From the NCBI GenBank assembly GCA_964016885.1, contig OZ024747.1, positions 9,920,001 through 9,984,000 of the forward strand: a stretch of 64,000 nucleotides of DNA, written 5' to 3'. This DNA comes from Eledone cirrhosa. Lineage: Eukaryota. The notes under the pieces were generated by a model that worked only from the letters and a program-made list of their open reading frames with translations, had not been told where the DNA came from and did not search any database. The stretch's first letter is position 1; each line of letters starts with the position of its first letter. The translations under genes and the position numbers were made by a program. Of this stretch, positions 29,294 to 41,620 are shown in pieces.

Positions 29294-29854
29294 GAAACAC
29301 ATCTCATAAACCTTCCATACACACATATATAATCACACACACACACATATACAAGCACTTCTCATATACACACACAGTTTTTGACAAATATTAAGAATCA
29401 TTAATAAAAGTAATAAAGGTTTTATTAGAAAGGTTTAGAAAACAAAAGCAAAATTTATAAAAACAAAAGTATATATATATATACATATATACATATATAT
29501 ATATAAATATATATATACATAAATATATATATTATACAGAAAATTGTTTGTTTGTTTGTTTTTTTAATGTATAATGACTGAAGTGAAATAAAAAAAACAG
29601 ACTAAATAAATCAATAAAACAAATATCAATACATGTTGGGCTTTTGTTTCAATTTTCTGATTAAAGCTACAATTTTTACTGCTAAAAATGACCAATTTTT
29701 GCTGGATATTTGCCATGTCACTCCTTTTCCATCTACAAGGATTATGCTTAGTACATGTCAACAATTGCTACAGTAATAAATATTTTTGCAGTGTAATCAT
29801 TTCTGTTGTCTTTATTTTCTTTGTTGTTTCTCTTCTTTGTTTGTTTTTAATTTT

Positions 29855-30290
29855 TCTTCTTCTTCGCCCACTTACTCCTGAGAGGGTCATTGGGGGGCAG
29901 AGTCCTCAAACACTCCTTCCAGCAGGTCCAGTCAGAAGCAACTGATCCAGCTGATCCAGCTAGATCCCCAAGCGAGACCAGCTGACCTCATGAATGTTAG
30001 CCAACCATTTTGCTCAGTGTCTACCCCTGGGTCTCCAACTGGTTGGTTTTGTCCATAAAATCTGTCCAGCGATTCTTTCCTAAGACATTTTAGCCATATG
30101 CCGATAGTATCAGAGCTGTGATCTCTCAATTTGAAGAAATAGTGGTGTGACACCCTGATCTCCAAGTTATTCACTCTATGAATTGATGTTACTCCAAAGA
30201 CCCATGGCTGCTTGTATTCACGATCATATTCTTTCAGGCATTACCCAAGATTCTTGACCACAGATAAGGGTTGAGACAAATACCAACAAT
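29855..30290 (-). mobile_element. 3' fragment of an RTE-type LINE with (GAA)n tail
   Basis: Shares the 3' end (ACCCTCTCAGGA.TAAGT..GAAGAAGAA) with 39015-39460, 46200-46325 and 54190-54430. Confidence 0.6.
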
Positions 30291-30414
30291 GAGTTTATTA
30301 AAGATCTATGTGTCACATAATCTATTGGGTTATTGAGTCTACACTGAAGATTTCACCTTTATGTAATGTCCCATTACATGAAATTCCAGCAGTAGAGTTT
30401 GAACTTAGGTCGCT

Positions 30415-30600
30415 CAGCTGATAAAACTCCACCAATGTTATAAAACTTAAGTCTCTGAGCTGATTAAACCCCACCAATGTTACAAAACTATAAAACTTAA
30501 GTCACTGAGCTGATAAAACCCCATCAATGTTACAAAACTATAAAACTTAAGTCACTGAGCTGATAAAACCCCATCAATGTTACAAAACTATAAAACCTAT
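30415..30600. repeat. ~45-50-bp tandem repeat, 3-4 copies
   Basis: GAGCTGATAAAACCCCATCAATGTTACAAAACTATAAAACTTAAGTCACT recurs. Confidence 0.85.
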
Positions 30601-31399
30601 CTGTAAGATTCGTTTCATCGGAGGACTTGAGACAAAATTAAAGTGAAATATTGCAGCAAATTCATTATAAAATAATGGAGTAATCAGCAAAAGGCACAAC
30701 TGGCTGTGGCTATCAGTACATGATGTGGGTCCCTATCAAGGGTTACAGACTGTACCCACCCACCCCACCCACCACATTACTAGTATTCAGAGACTACTGA
30801 GTTCAAATTCCGCTAGGTCAACATTGCCCATCGTCATTTCGGGGCTCAATAAAATAAAGGACCAATCGATGGATGGTGGACTAACAGAATCGTTAGTGTT
30901 GAATAAAATGTCATTGCAGTGTTTGCTTACAGCTCTTTACATTTTGAGTTCAAAAACGCAGATGTCAGCTTTGCCTTTCACTTTCATAGCCGTCAATAAA
31001 ATATAGTACCAGTCCAGGGACGGTGGACTGGTGGAATTGTTAAAGAGTATTATAGGATATATTGCAGTATCCTACCCAGTTCCCTGTGTTCTGAGTTCAA
31101 ATCTCACCTCCTTCTGGCAGGAGTTACAACAGGCAGATAGTATCAACAAGGAAAAGACCAAAAGAAACACAGTTTCCTTGGCACGATTTAATAAATGCTG
31201 TTTTCCTTTTACATTCTATGTTACAAGCCTTCTGGTACAAAGGGGCTTTGGAGTCTTAAACCCCTCCAATAATATGGAAACTTGTTGAATGATCTTAAAG
31301 TGTTATTAGTTAAAACTCCGTCGGTTCTAAATATGTTAGTATAATCATGTTTTTAATTTCATTTTTAGTCTCGTATTGGCGATAAACAAGTGTGAGCTA

Positions 31400-31700
31400 A
31401 TAATGGTTTCTGATTTAAGCACAAGGCCAACAATTTTGGGGTAGGAGAAAGTCGATTAGATCGACTCCAGTGTATTACTGGTACTTTATTTTATCAACCA
31501 TAAAGATGAAAGGCAAAGCCAACCTCAGCTAATAATTGTTTCTACTTTAGGCACAAGGCCAGCAATTACCCAGTACATTACTGGTACTTTATTTTATCGA
31601 CCCCGTAAAGATGAAAGGCAAAGTAAACCTCGGCGGGATTTGAACTCAGACCGTAAAGGGACGTAACTTTGCTGGAAAGCATGGCGTCCGACTCTCTAAT
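31400..31700 (-). mobile_element. Two tandem tRNA-derived SINEs (reverse orientation)
   Basis: GGATTTGAACTC (reverse B-box) and family body. Confidence 0.85.
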
Positions 31701-33545
31701 AATAATAATACAGATGCACAGTATATATATTTAAGCCCCTCCAATCCCAAAACTGTAACGGAAGCCCTGTGTTAAAATGCCACACGAGTTAGTTTTATCT
31801 TTCACCTTTCCTGGAAGTAACAGTCAACTACTGAGGTTAAATTTAAAGAAGCTACACTCCCACAATTGTTGGGAACTTGTACTTACTTTAAAATGCAGTT
31901 CTGTATGAAAAGAGATGCGGTTTAAATTCCTATTTTAATATATTTCCCATCATAAACATCACAACTACCGAACTTCACACACTGCTAAAATTATACTCGA
32001 CTCAAACCAATATTTTGTTACAAGTGAGATCACTCAAACAGACTTATCTCCCTTAGTTGTTGTTTTTTTTTTGTTGCAGAATTATTTCCCTTATATACAC
32101 TCCTTTTTTTAAATCCAAATTGCATCCCTTGTTTAACAACTATTTTAAGTACAACTTACACTGCAGAACGAAGACATTGGAGATCGCAACAATTTTACCA
32201 CTATCTGGCAATATCGCTGTATATGGTACTGAACAGCATTGATGGCACCAGGAAATGTATTATTTCTCTTGGCCCACAGTAGCACGTCTTTTTTTCTTAC
32301 ATCCACCACACTAAACCATTTGGAGTCGCAATTGTTCGAGCCCTGCCACAACTATTTTGATTTACAACTCACTGAAGATTCATTATTTGTTCTTCCTCTC
32401 ATATACATCTGCCTTATTTATTGTAAAGTATTTTCTCCTTCCGTTCTTAAGTCCAATGCCAGCTAGGTAGAACATAGTAAATCTAGCTACAAATCCACCT
32501 CTGACTGCTACAAGAAGCACTAAACACTATTATCATTGTACTTCACGGTTTCCTTCGTCCTTCGTATTTTAGGCCCCTCCTTTCATTTGCCTCCCCAGGG
32601 CGCCCTCAACTCAACAATCACGATTTGGTTTTTCTTGCTTTTATTTTGTTAAGTCAGACTATACCACAATGTCACAGCTTTGCTTTGATATTACAATATG
32701 GCTGGGGAACATCAACATATCCAAACTCCCCAACACTTCATCTTCCAGTAATTAGCATCATACAGAAGTCTGAGAATTGGTTTTCCTTTATATTACTGAG
32801 CTGTCTTTTCTTACAACCTCTTATGGAATATAACAGAGTGCAACTTGCTGTTGATTTTTCATTGCATCAATGTTGATATATCGTTGTTTTAGTGCATGAG
32901 CAAGAACAAACTCTCTCTTTAGACTCTATTATGCAGCCAGAACTATTTTGCAATGGATAACTTGCATGTAGAACTAATATATCTTTCTCACTGAGGCCAC
33001 CAATACATAACTTCCTCATCAAAACCAACTCAACTATGTTTGTAATAACATGTATTTGATTAAGGCAGTGACTGGTGAACTGCTGACACAGGTAAATATT
33101 ATCAACATGACATTGACATGAGAATGAAGAAGAAATCATCCTTTCACCCAGTTGTTTTGATGGGACCTCTTAGAAGATATAATAACAGAACTGTACTTTG
33201 ATGCAGTGCACTCACATACAAAACATGTTCCTTTATATCAACGCTGTTTGGCATCATAAAAGACTGTCTGACAGTGCTAAAATTATTGATATTCAGACAA
33301 AAGGAAGCAAATATCTTAGCTAAATATTGGCATATAACATTGAAAATGAGAGGTGTCAACTGTCTTAACCGTTTCATTACTACATTATATGAAATTATCA
33401 TTAGTATTGCAACATCACTGAAGACTGGGTCTTTGGATTGATTCAAACCACATAACTGTTCCACTCCACTACCAACATCTGGTAACAATCTACAGAAAAG
33501 ATTAGTGCCAAATGTATGAATTAAACATTATGTGGTGTCTGAATT

Positions 33546-33930
33546 AATAATTGTTTCTATTTTTGGCACAAGGCCAGCAATTACCCCAGTGCATTACTGG
33601 TACTTTATTTTATCGACCCCGGAAGGATGAAAGGCAAAGTTAACCTCGGCGGGATTTGAACTCAGATCATACAGGGAGATAACTCTATGCTTCAAAGCAT
33701 GGCGTCCGACCCTCTACCGATACTGCCAATCCACTGCCTGAATTAATAATTGTTTCTACTTTAGGCACAAGGCCAGCAATTACCCAGTGCATTACTGGTA
33801 CTTTATTTTATCGACCCCGTAAGGATGAAAGGCAAAGTCAACCTCGGCGGGATTTGAACTCAGATCGTAAAGGGACGTAACTATGCTGGAAAGCATGGCG
33901 CCCGACCCTCAACCGATACTGCCAATCCAA
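33546..33930 (-). mobile_element. Two tandem near-identical tRNA-derived SINEs
   Basis: Two ~190-bp copies head-to-tail, each preceded by CTGAATTAATAATTGTTTCTA. Confidence 0.88.
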
Positions 33931-35094
33931 ATGGTTCCTAATTTAGACACACGACCAACAATTTAGAGGGAAGGTCAATTATATAGACCCCCAGTATTAC
34001 ATCTTAGTTGTCAGTAACTGGAATTTCCATGGATCCAGCTTATCATTAATTACATTATATTAAACTATTTGTGTACATATTAACTTCTTTTGTACACTGG
34101 AAGCTACGGAGTAGGTAGACCCAGAAAAACCTGGGACGATTTGATAAATTCCGATCTTACACACTTGCACCTCTCTAAGACAATGTCACTGGACCGAGAT
34201 CTTTGGCGCCACGCAGTAATACAGATCTGCCTTGCCTATGTACAAAGCGAAACCTAGTCAGTAGGCACCTCTTAACCAAATATACACCCCTATCCTCCCA
34301 CTCCCACCAACACCACCATTTCTCTGAAAAGTTATGTTGGTACCACAACATCCAGTCCAAACTAATGAGGTTGTGTAGGTGTCACAACCTCATTAGTTTG
34401 TGTATCTAGAAGAGATCAGCTGTGTTTAGACCTGGAGAGAGATGGGGTCTGCCAGGTTTAAAATGTCACTATGGGACACTATGACTCCAAACAAGAGTTA
34501 CAAGTCAAGATAAATAAAAAATATATACATAGTGTTATGTAGAACAGAAATATATTTACTAGTTATGAAAGGTAAAAATGAAATAGCAGTGATGAAACTT
34601 CTGGGCAACTTGTTTAATTTTTGAAAGCTGTTAAGAATAGCTGGCTGTAAACAGAGCTCTCTATATCTGGAATTAAATCCAACAGCAACGAAATGTAAAA
34701 GCAAAATTTAACAATACACATCTAGTATGTACCACATTCCCCTTTCATACACCTCCTATATTCTAACACCCCACCCTTCACCCACGTCCCTACCTGATAA
34801 GTGCCCCACCCCTTCCCCCAGTACACACTGTAAAGTGGTTGTTTTAGTGTCACAACAAAAAGCACCCAGTACACACAGTAAATGTGATTGACGTTAGGAA
34901 GGGCATACAGCTGTAGAAACCAAGCAAAAATCAAGTTCTGTATGAGCAAGAGTCATCTGATCTGACTTGTCTCTCAATGAGACAACTCTTCAAACCCATG
35001 CTGGTATGTATGGAAAAATGAATGTTAAATGGTGATAATGATGACATAAATAAATAAATGACTAACACAGATATTTTCGATCATTTACTCTCGT

Positions 35095-35100
35095 TTTATT
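35095..35100 (-). terminator. Putative polyadenylation signal of the ATP synthase e gene
   Basis: AATAAA on the minus strand 80 nt after the stop codon. Confidence 0.6.
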
Positions 35101-35180
35101 ATCTTTTAATGTCTATACATAACAAAAAGCAAAAAAAAAATCAGTGAAACATAAGATGGACATCAATTTGGCTGCCATAT

Positions 35181-35230
35181 CTATTTAGCTCTTACAATTC
35201 CAAACTCTTTTCCTAAAGCATCCATTTCAA
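35181..35230 (-). CDS. ATP5ME: ATP synthase subunit e, exon 4 ((V)EMDALGKEFGIVRAK*)
   Basis: Acceptor ttctatttttcag, phase matches exon 3 (G+TT), TAG stop, followed by AATAAA. Confidence 0.8.
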
Positions 35231-35540
35231 CTGAAAAATAGAATTGGGAAATTTTATATCATTTAAATATATATATACAAATACACATACATATATCTTC
35301 CCCAATATTCAACAGTGCTCCATCTGGCTTCAGCCTCAATCTCTGATGATTTTTCGCTGTAATCACACACAGCCATAGTACACTACAAGACTAAACCTCT
35401 CTTAAAGAACCATGATGACTGTAGCCCTTATGTACATACTACAATCCACATCCTACAACACTGACCAAAGGAGTGTTATATAGATACTATATCTCACTAA
35501 ACAAATGGAGATATTCATGGTTAGAGACCCTTTCATTAGA

Positions 35541-35900
35541 AGTCAACTGTACTAGAGATCACCTGATACTAAATAACAGTACTATCAGTAACTATTTCAC
35601 CAATATACTAATACCATATTAGTCAACTGTACTAGAAATCACCTGATACTAAATAACAGTACTAACAGTAACTATTTCACCAATATACTAATACCATATT
35701 AGTCAACTGTACTAGAGCTGACCTGATACTAAATAACAGTACTAACAGTAACTATTTCACTAATATACTAATACCATATTAGTCAACTGTACTGGAGCTA
35801 ACCTGATACTAAATAACAGTAACTATTTCACTAATATACTAATACCATATTAGTCAACTTTACTGGAGCTGACCTGATACTAAACAATACTAACAGCAAC
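35541..35900. repeat. ~79-bp minisatellite x ~4.5 in ATP synthase e intron 3
   Basis: AGTCAACTGTACTAGAG..ACCTGATACTAAATAACAGT... recurs. Confidence 0.9.
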
Positions 35901-35954
35901 TACTTCCCCAAATACCATGAAGTTTTTTCACCATCCTCCTCAGACCAAATCATT

Positions 35955-36635
35955 TAAACCCTTTTGTTACTGTATTTCTAATGAAATGTCTTCTATTTCA
36001 ATTCGTTAACCCTTTAGCATTTACATTATATATACTATTATATTTTCATGGTAAACACTTTACCTCACATAATATCGAATCTACAAGATTTTGATGTTAT
36101 TTATTTTGAGAACAATACCTTAACATCACTAGGAGCAGCCAGTCATAGCCGGTTTGAACAGAAAGAGGTGAGAGAATTCTGGCCAGATACGGACGATTTA
36201 AATGAATAATTTTGAGAGTTTTACTAAAAAAATATTTGAGAGATTTACTATAAGTAACTTGACAGATGATTTACATAAATATATAATTATATTTAAACAG
36301 GAACACTATAAAATTGGTATTTCTATTTCATAGAACCAGGGATGGTTTTGCACAGGTCTCAGTATCAAAAGGGTTAAATAGTTTGTAAAGACCATTAAAT
36401 ATGAAAGTCAACAAATAATTTAACTCTTTACCATTTACTTTACTCTATATTTACTATTGTATTTTCATGGTAAACACTTTATCTCACGTAATATCAAATC
36501 TACGAGATTTTGATATTATTTATTTTGAGAACAATACCTTAACATAAGTATGAGTGGCCGGTTATGGCTGGTTTGAACAGAAAGAGATGGGAGAATTCTG
36601 GCCAAATATGGGCAGTTTAAATGTTAAAGGGCTAA
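35955..36635. mobile_element. Nested/adjacent piggyBac-type MITEs
   Basis: TTAA-CCCTTT...AAAGGG-TTAA termini at about 35955, 36006, 36378, 36420 and 36635. Internal sequence is shared with 55702-55908. Confidence 0.65.
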
Positions 36636-36653
36636 ACAAGGAAATAAACCAAC

Positions 36654-36755
36654 CTGCAGTTGCTCGGGCAGTCTCTTTCTTCAACTGACAATCTCGGAGA
36701 GCTCGATATACCTGCTCCTCTTTCTGAATTACAACTTCTTTGGCAGAAAGAGACT
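36654..36755 (-). CDS. ATP5ME: ATP synthase subunit e, exon 3 ((K)SLSAKEVVIQKEEQVYRALRDCQLKKETARATA)
   Basis: Acceptor ttgttatcctcag, donor gttggt, 102 nt, phase 1-1. Encodes a charged coiled-coil-like segment as in subunit e. Confidence 0.88.
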
Positions 36756-37517
36756 CTGAGGATAACAAGAAAAACAAGTTTACCATCTGTAATAATTACA
36801 CTGCAATGTCCTCAATAAATTAACAAAGACTTGATAAAAAAAATGTAAAGGGGTCATACATACACACAGTATGGCAGAAATAAATATTTCATAATGTCAG
36901 ATTGAATACTTTGCATTATTTGTTCCAGAGTTCAAATCCTGCAGAAGTCAAGGTTGATAACAAAAAGTACCAGTTCACTACTGGGGTAAATTCTTCTTCT
37001 CTATCTCTTTCTCAATCACTCTCCTTCTCTGGAAGAAATCAGTTGTGTTCAAAACTGGAGAGGGGATGTGTTCTACCAGGTTTAAAATACCCCAAAAAAT
37101 GTCATATGTCACTATGGCACCTCTATGACCCCACTGGGAGTTACAGGTCTACAAACTGTGTAAACACTAAGTTGATGTATTAAATACTAGTTTATTTCTA
37201 CATTAAATATGTAGAAATTTATCAGATACAAAGGTATGACTTATTCATCATTTAACATCCATTTTCCACATTTGCATGAGTTAGATGGGTTGTCTCGTTA
37301 TGAGAGAAGTCAGGTCAGACCATGTCTTGCTCATATGGATCTATATTTTGGCTTGGTTTCTATGGCTGGATGCCCTTCCTAACACCACCACATTACAGTG
37401 AGGACTGAGTGTTTTTATCTAACAAATTCCAACCTGGATTATTAAGACTAAAATAATCCCCAATAATTCATTCTTCAAGGAAATACTGCTTTGTTCTGTG
37501 AACAAAATTTGATGACA

Positions 37518-37956
37518 CATCATCATCATTATACGTCCACTTTTCCCAGCTTGCAAGGGCAGGACGGGTCCTATTCAGCACAGCATCTCTCCACTTGTCA
37601 CGGTCCTTTGTCATCTCCTCCGTGAGCTTCAACAATCTGAGGTCTGCTCTCACAACCTCTGCCCATGATTTTCATGGTCTTCCTTCTACTGGGATTTCTT
37701 GGCACTTCTTTACCCAGCAGTTATCCTCCATGCGCATCACATGTCCATACCATCTCAGTCTTCTCTCCTGCACACCACAACTTATCCCTCTTATACCCCG
37801 TTTCTTTCTCAACTCATCTATGCTTGGTCGTTCACGCACATTGACATTGCACATCCAACGGAGCATGCTTGCTTCATTTCTCTCCATCCGTCGCATATCC
37901 TCTGCAGTTACTGCTCATGTCTCACTACCATGCAGCATCGCGCATCTCACACAGGC
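37518..37956 (-). mobile_element. 5'-truncated RTE-clade LINE with (GAT)n tail and probable 16-bp TSD
   Basis: Encodes MLHGSET...ERNEASMLRWMC...RRLRWYGHVMRM. GAACAAAATTTGATGA occurs at 37500-37515 and 37965-37980. Confidence 0.88.
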
Positions 37957-38744
37957 ATTTTGGCGAACAAAATTTGATGAATCTAAGACAGGCTTACAAT
38001 ATTTGGCAACAAAATTTGATGAATCACAGACAGGCTCACAATATTTGGCTGGATGAAAAGAACAAGTTCTATGATCAAAAGGAGCCTCAAGTAAAAAATG
38101 TATTAAAAAACTTTTTTGTTTCAATATTTTCTGAGAGAAGCCCCACCACCACCTTTTTGTTATGGCTGACCAGGGGTTTACATTGAGTGTTAAATTTGCT
38201 AGTTTACCTACTGGGCATGAGTTTAGTCCATGGGTTAGAGTATCTGTTGAGGAGGAGGCAACCCCTTTCAGATGTCTGACCATAGATTTGCACCAAGAAA
38301 GTTTCTCCCCTGAGCAAGACGTTTTGTGGAGGACCAGCAGTTTCCCATACATACCAGTCTCCTTCCTCCATGCCACCAATGTTGTCAAAGGAACTTGTAA
38401 AGGCTGGTACAGGTTGGCATCAGTGACGTCACAACATATATATATACATTATATTTATACCATATACACACTACATATACAATCTTATATATACATTATA
38501 TATGATGGTATCCAAAGGAAACGTAAAGTACCAGCCTAGTGTTGGTGTAGCCCTCTCTCCCTCCAGCTGTCATACCCTGGAGGTTCTGGACCGAGAGGAT
38601 GTCTGCTTGCAACTGCATGGGCACCTTTACATAAAGCATGGTAAATACTACCAAGTCATACTCCATTGTGAGTGATGGCTGTAGTTAGTTGGATGATATG
38701 AAATATTGGTAAGTGTAAAAAAATGATATTATTTTGTTGTTTTA

Positions 38745-38932
38745 TGGCGGCGAATTGGCAGTATCGGTAGAGGGTTGGACACCATGCTTTCTAGCATAGT
38801 TACGTCCCTTTAGGGTCTGAGTTCAAATCCCGTCGAGGTTAACTTTGCCTTTCATCCTTACGGGGTCGATAAAATAAAGTACCAGTAATACTGAGTAATT
38901 GCTGGTCTTGTGCAAAAAGTAGAAACAATTAT
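38745..38932 (+). mobile_element. tRNA-derived SINE
   Basis: Full A/B box, body and tail. Confidence 0.85.
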
Positions 38933-39014
38933 TTTGTTGTTTTCTAAATATCAAATTTAGTTACTGGAAGGAGCCTAATTTAAGTGCAAGAATTGCGGGT
39001 GTTGGTGCAGTAAT

Positions 39015-39460
39015 GTGCCAGCTTCAACATTCGATAATCAGAAGAAGGAATGGGTAAAAGCCAAACTTGCTATCTTCAATTCAGTATTGAAGCCAACCCT
39101 TACCTATGGTAAGAATATGATCGCGAATACAAGTGGCCAAAGCGTAATTAGAGTAACATTACTTGATAGGGTGCATAGCACAGAGATGAGAGAGAGTCGC
39201 TCCAGGTAGAGTTGCTATTTCTCTGCATCAATAAATCACAGCTCCAATACTACAGACATGGTTAGAAAGTCTAAGGAAAGGATTGCTGGACAGATCTTAT
39301 GGGTGAAGCCAACCAGCAGGAGACCCAAAGGTAGACCACAAGCAAGATGGTTGGATAACATCCTTAAGCTAAGTTGCTCCTGATAGGACCTTCTAGAAGG
39401 CATGTCTGAGTACTCTGCCCCCACGACCCTCTCAGGAATAAGTTAAAAAGAAGAAGAAAT
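39015..39460 (+). mobile_element. Degraded RTE-type LINE 3' fragment
   Basis: AKLAIFNSVLKPTLTYG, RVTLLDRV and RPKGRPQARWLDNI remnants, with a (GAA)n tail. Confidence 0.7.
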
Positions 39461-39468
39461 TTACTTAC

Positions 39469-39523
39469 TGTATCTGAAGTGACCATAGGCTAGCCCACTT
39501 AACAAAGCAGCATATCTGCAGAA
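39469..39523 (-). CDS. ATP5ME: ATP synthase subunit e, exon 2 (FCRYAALLSGLAYGHFRY)
   Basis: Acceptor tctttctatttgtag, donor gtaagt, 55 nt. Matches the subunit e transmembrane motif RYSALxxGxxYG, including the GxxxG. Confidence 0.93.
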
Positions 39524-39557
39524 CTACAAATAGAAAGATATACAATCAAGAATAACA

Positions 39558-39843
39558 AATACATCTGGTGTTATAGTTCAACTTTTAGAATACATCTGGT
39601 GTTATAGTTCAACCTTTAAAATACATCTGGTGTTAAAGTTCAACTTTTAGAATACATCTGGTGTTATAGTTCAACTTTTAGAATACATCTGGTGTTATAG
39701 TTCAAATTTTAGAATACATCTGGTGTTATAGTTCAGCTTTTAGAATACATCTGGTGTTATAGTTCAGCTTTTAGAATACATCTGGTGTTATAGTTCAGCT
39801 TTTAGAATACATCTGGTGTTATAGTTCAGCTTTTAGAATACAT
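39558..39843. repeat. ~31-bp minisatellite x ~9 (AATACATCTGGTGTTATAGTTCARCTTTTAG)
   Basis: Head-to-tail units with no unique spacers. Confidence 0.92.
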
Positions 39844-40789
39844 ACAGTGATGATAATGATGGCTTTCAGAATAAAATTATAATTTTTGTAAATCCTTCCC
39901 AAATTCTTCATGAGTTAATTAAAATACGAAGTAACTCATTAGAAATATGCTAATTTAAGCCATGACTGCCATTTTTTCAGTCACTCTACATTATCCAACA
40001 TAGTCTTCCCTTTTCTTTCACTATGTATAGTTTAAAGGAGATTTAGCTGCTATATCAAGCAGATCAACTGTATCATGTAAAGCAATGATGACAACCCTTT
40101 CTTGTCCAACACAGAAATTTAACCTTGCCTCGAGTGCCAGACAGTCTGGCACCAGCCCTGAGCACAGGATGTTAAGCATTAAGATAAAAGACATGTTCAA
40201 GGTAATGGATAAGGTTGTCTCCACATTTGAGATGATGGAAGTATGAGAGAACATTTGGCAGGGTCAGAAAAGTTGCCTATCTCCAGAATAGAGTTATACT
40301 GTAATGTTTCCAAAAGATTGGGATATATACCTATAGAGGGAGACAGAGAGATTGAAGAGTTTGACCTAGTATGTCCTAGCTCTGGGATGCATAATTTAAG
40401 GTTAATAGGACATTGTCAGGGTCAGTGGTCTTGTTAGTTGGAAGTAACCTGGTATTCTTTTTTATATTTAGCTCAGAACTGCCTTATTCTGACCAATGGT
40501 CAACAGCCTTCTAGCTATGACTACATTATCTTATTTTTAGACATAGCGTATCTAAGACTACATTATATGTCTTGTCTTGTTCAAGACAGTAAGGCGTGAT
40601 TAAAGAGGGATCTGGCTGCTATTTCTAGCAGATTGAACAACCACTCAGAGGCCTCTCTTTCCGTTCATCACGTGTCTGTCTGTGTTAGTGGCGATGAATG
40701 TGGTTGAGTGGAAAAGCATAGTTTCGGAGAAAATGTGATAGATCGATGCAATAGGCACCAGATTAAATATTGAGATTGATACAATTGAG

Positions 40790-40955
40790 AAACTCTTGAA
40801 GTAGTTAACACATTCTAATTAATGACTGAAGCTAGTAAAATAATAACTCTTGAAGTAGTTAACACATCCTAATTAATGACTGAAGCTAGTAAAATAATAA
40901 CTCTTGAAGTAGTTAACACATTCTAATTAATGACTGAAGCTAGTAAAATAATAAC
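40790..40955. repeat. ~54-bp tandem repeat x3
   Basis: AACTCTTGAAGTAGTTAACACATTCTAATTAATGACTGAAGCTAGTAAAATAAT occurs three times. Confidence 0.9.
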
Positions 40956-41542
40956 ACCAGTGAAACGGGAAGAAAATATAATATTCTACAAGAATTTTTC
41001 AATATACAATTATTAGTTGTGTTTAATGAGGGAAATGTGGTACTAATGACATTTGTCGGGGATCTCCGGTACGAGTGGAAGAAATTTACCCCTACGACTG
41101 ACCCGATTGGTTGTTACAGAGAAATAAACTCCGAGGAAATCTCCCGAGGGTCGAGTGATTCCGTTAAACCAAGTCATGGAACAATGAATGTTAAAGACAA
41201 TACTTTACGTCAATACATAAATATATCTAACGGAATTGAAACCAAGAATATATATATATATATATTATGTGTGTGTGTTAGGTAAATTGCAAAGGAAAAG
41301 CAATGGAAAAAGAGTGCTCTATGTATAGAACAGAGCTATTTAATTAGAAAGTGAACAACACAAAGTTATATTGTGTTGTTCATGTTCTAATTAAATATAT
41401 ATATATATGCAGAGGTTATATTTAATTCATTGGGATTCAACAAGCTTAAAAATGTTTATAACTTATATAAAGCACTCAACAGAAAAGTGGAGTAAATACA
41501 CAATATATTAATAAATGGAAACTATATTTATAAAACCATATT

Positions 41543-41608
41543 TATTTTATTATATATATTTCAAGGGCGACCAAGGCAAATTATGGTGCGCTTTCATCAG
41601 ATAAAATA
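41543..41608 (-). ncRNA. Minimal type I hammerhead motif, sense to the ATP synthase e pre-mRNA
   Basis: Reverse complement reads TATTTTAT CTGATGA AAGCGCACC...GGTCGCCCTT GAAA TATATA TA ATAAAATA. Confidence 0.72.
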
Positions 41609-41620
41609 CAGATTTGTTTT

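Noticed and set aside
33144-33488. 114-aa minus-strand ORF as a protein-coding gene
   Set aside because: No recognisable motif and a non-ATG start; kept only as a weak non-coding exon candidate.
35270-35346. Alternative terminal exon candidate for ATP synthase e (acceptor near 35347, AKNHQRL...)
   Set aside because: Weak polypyrimidine tract and a peptide unlike subunit e. The 35181-35230 exon fits better and is followed by AATAAA.
39558-39843. CRISPR-like ~31-bp repeats (also the 27-bp array at 17886-18085)
   Set aside because: Units are head-to-tail with no unique spacers, there are no cas genes, and the context is eukaryotic.
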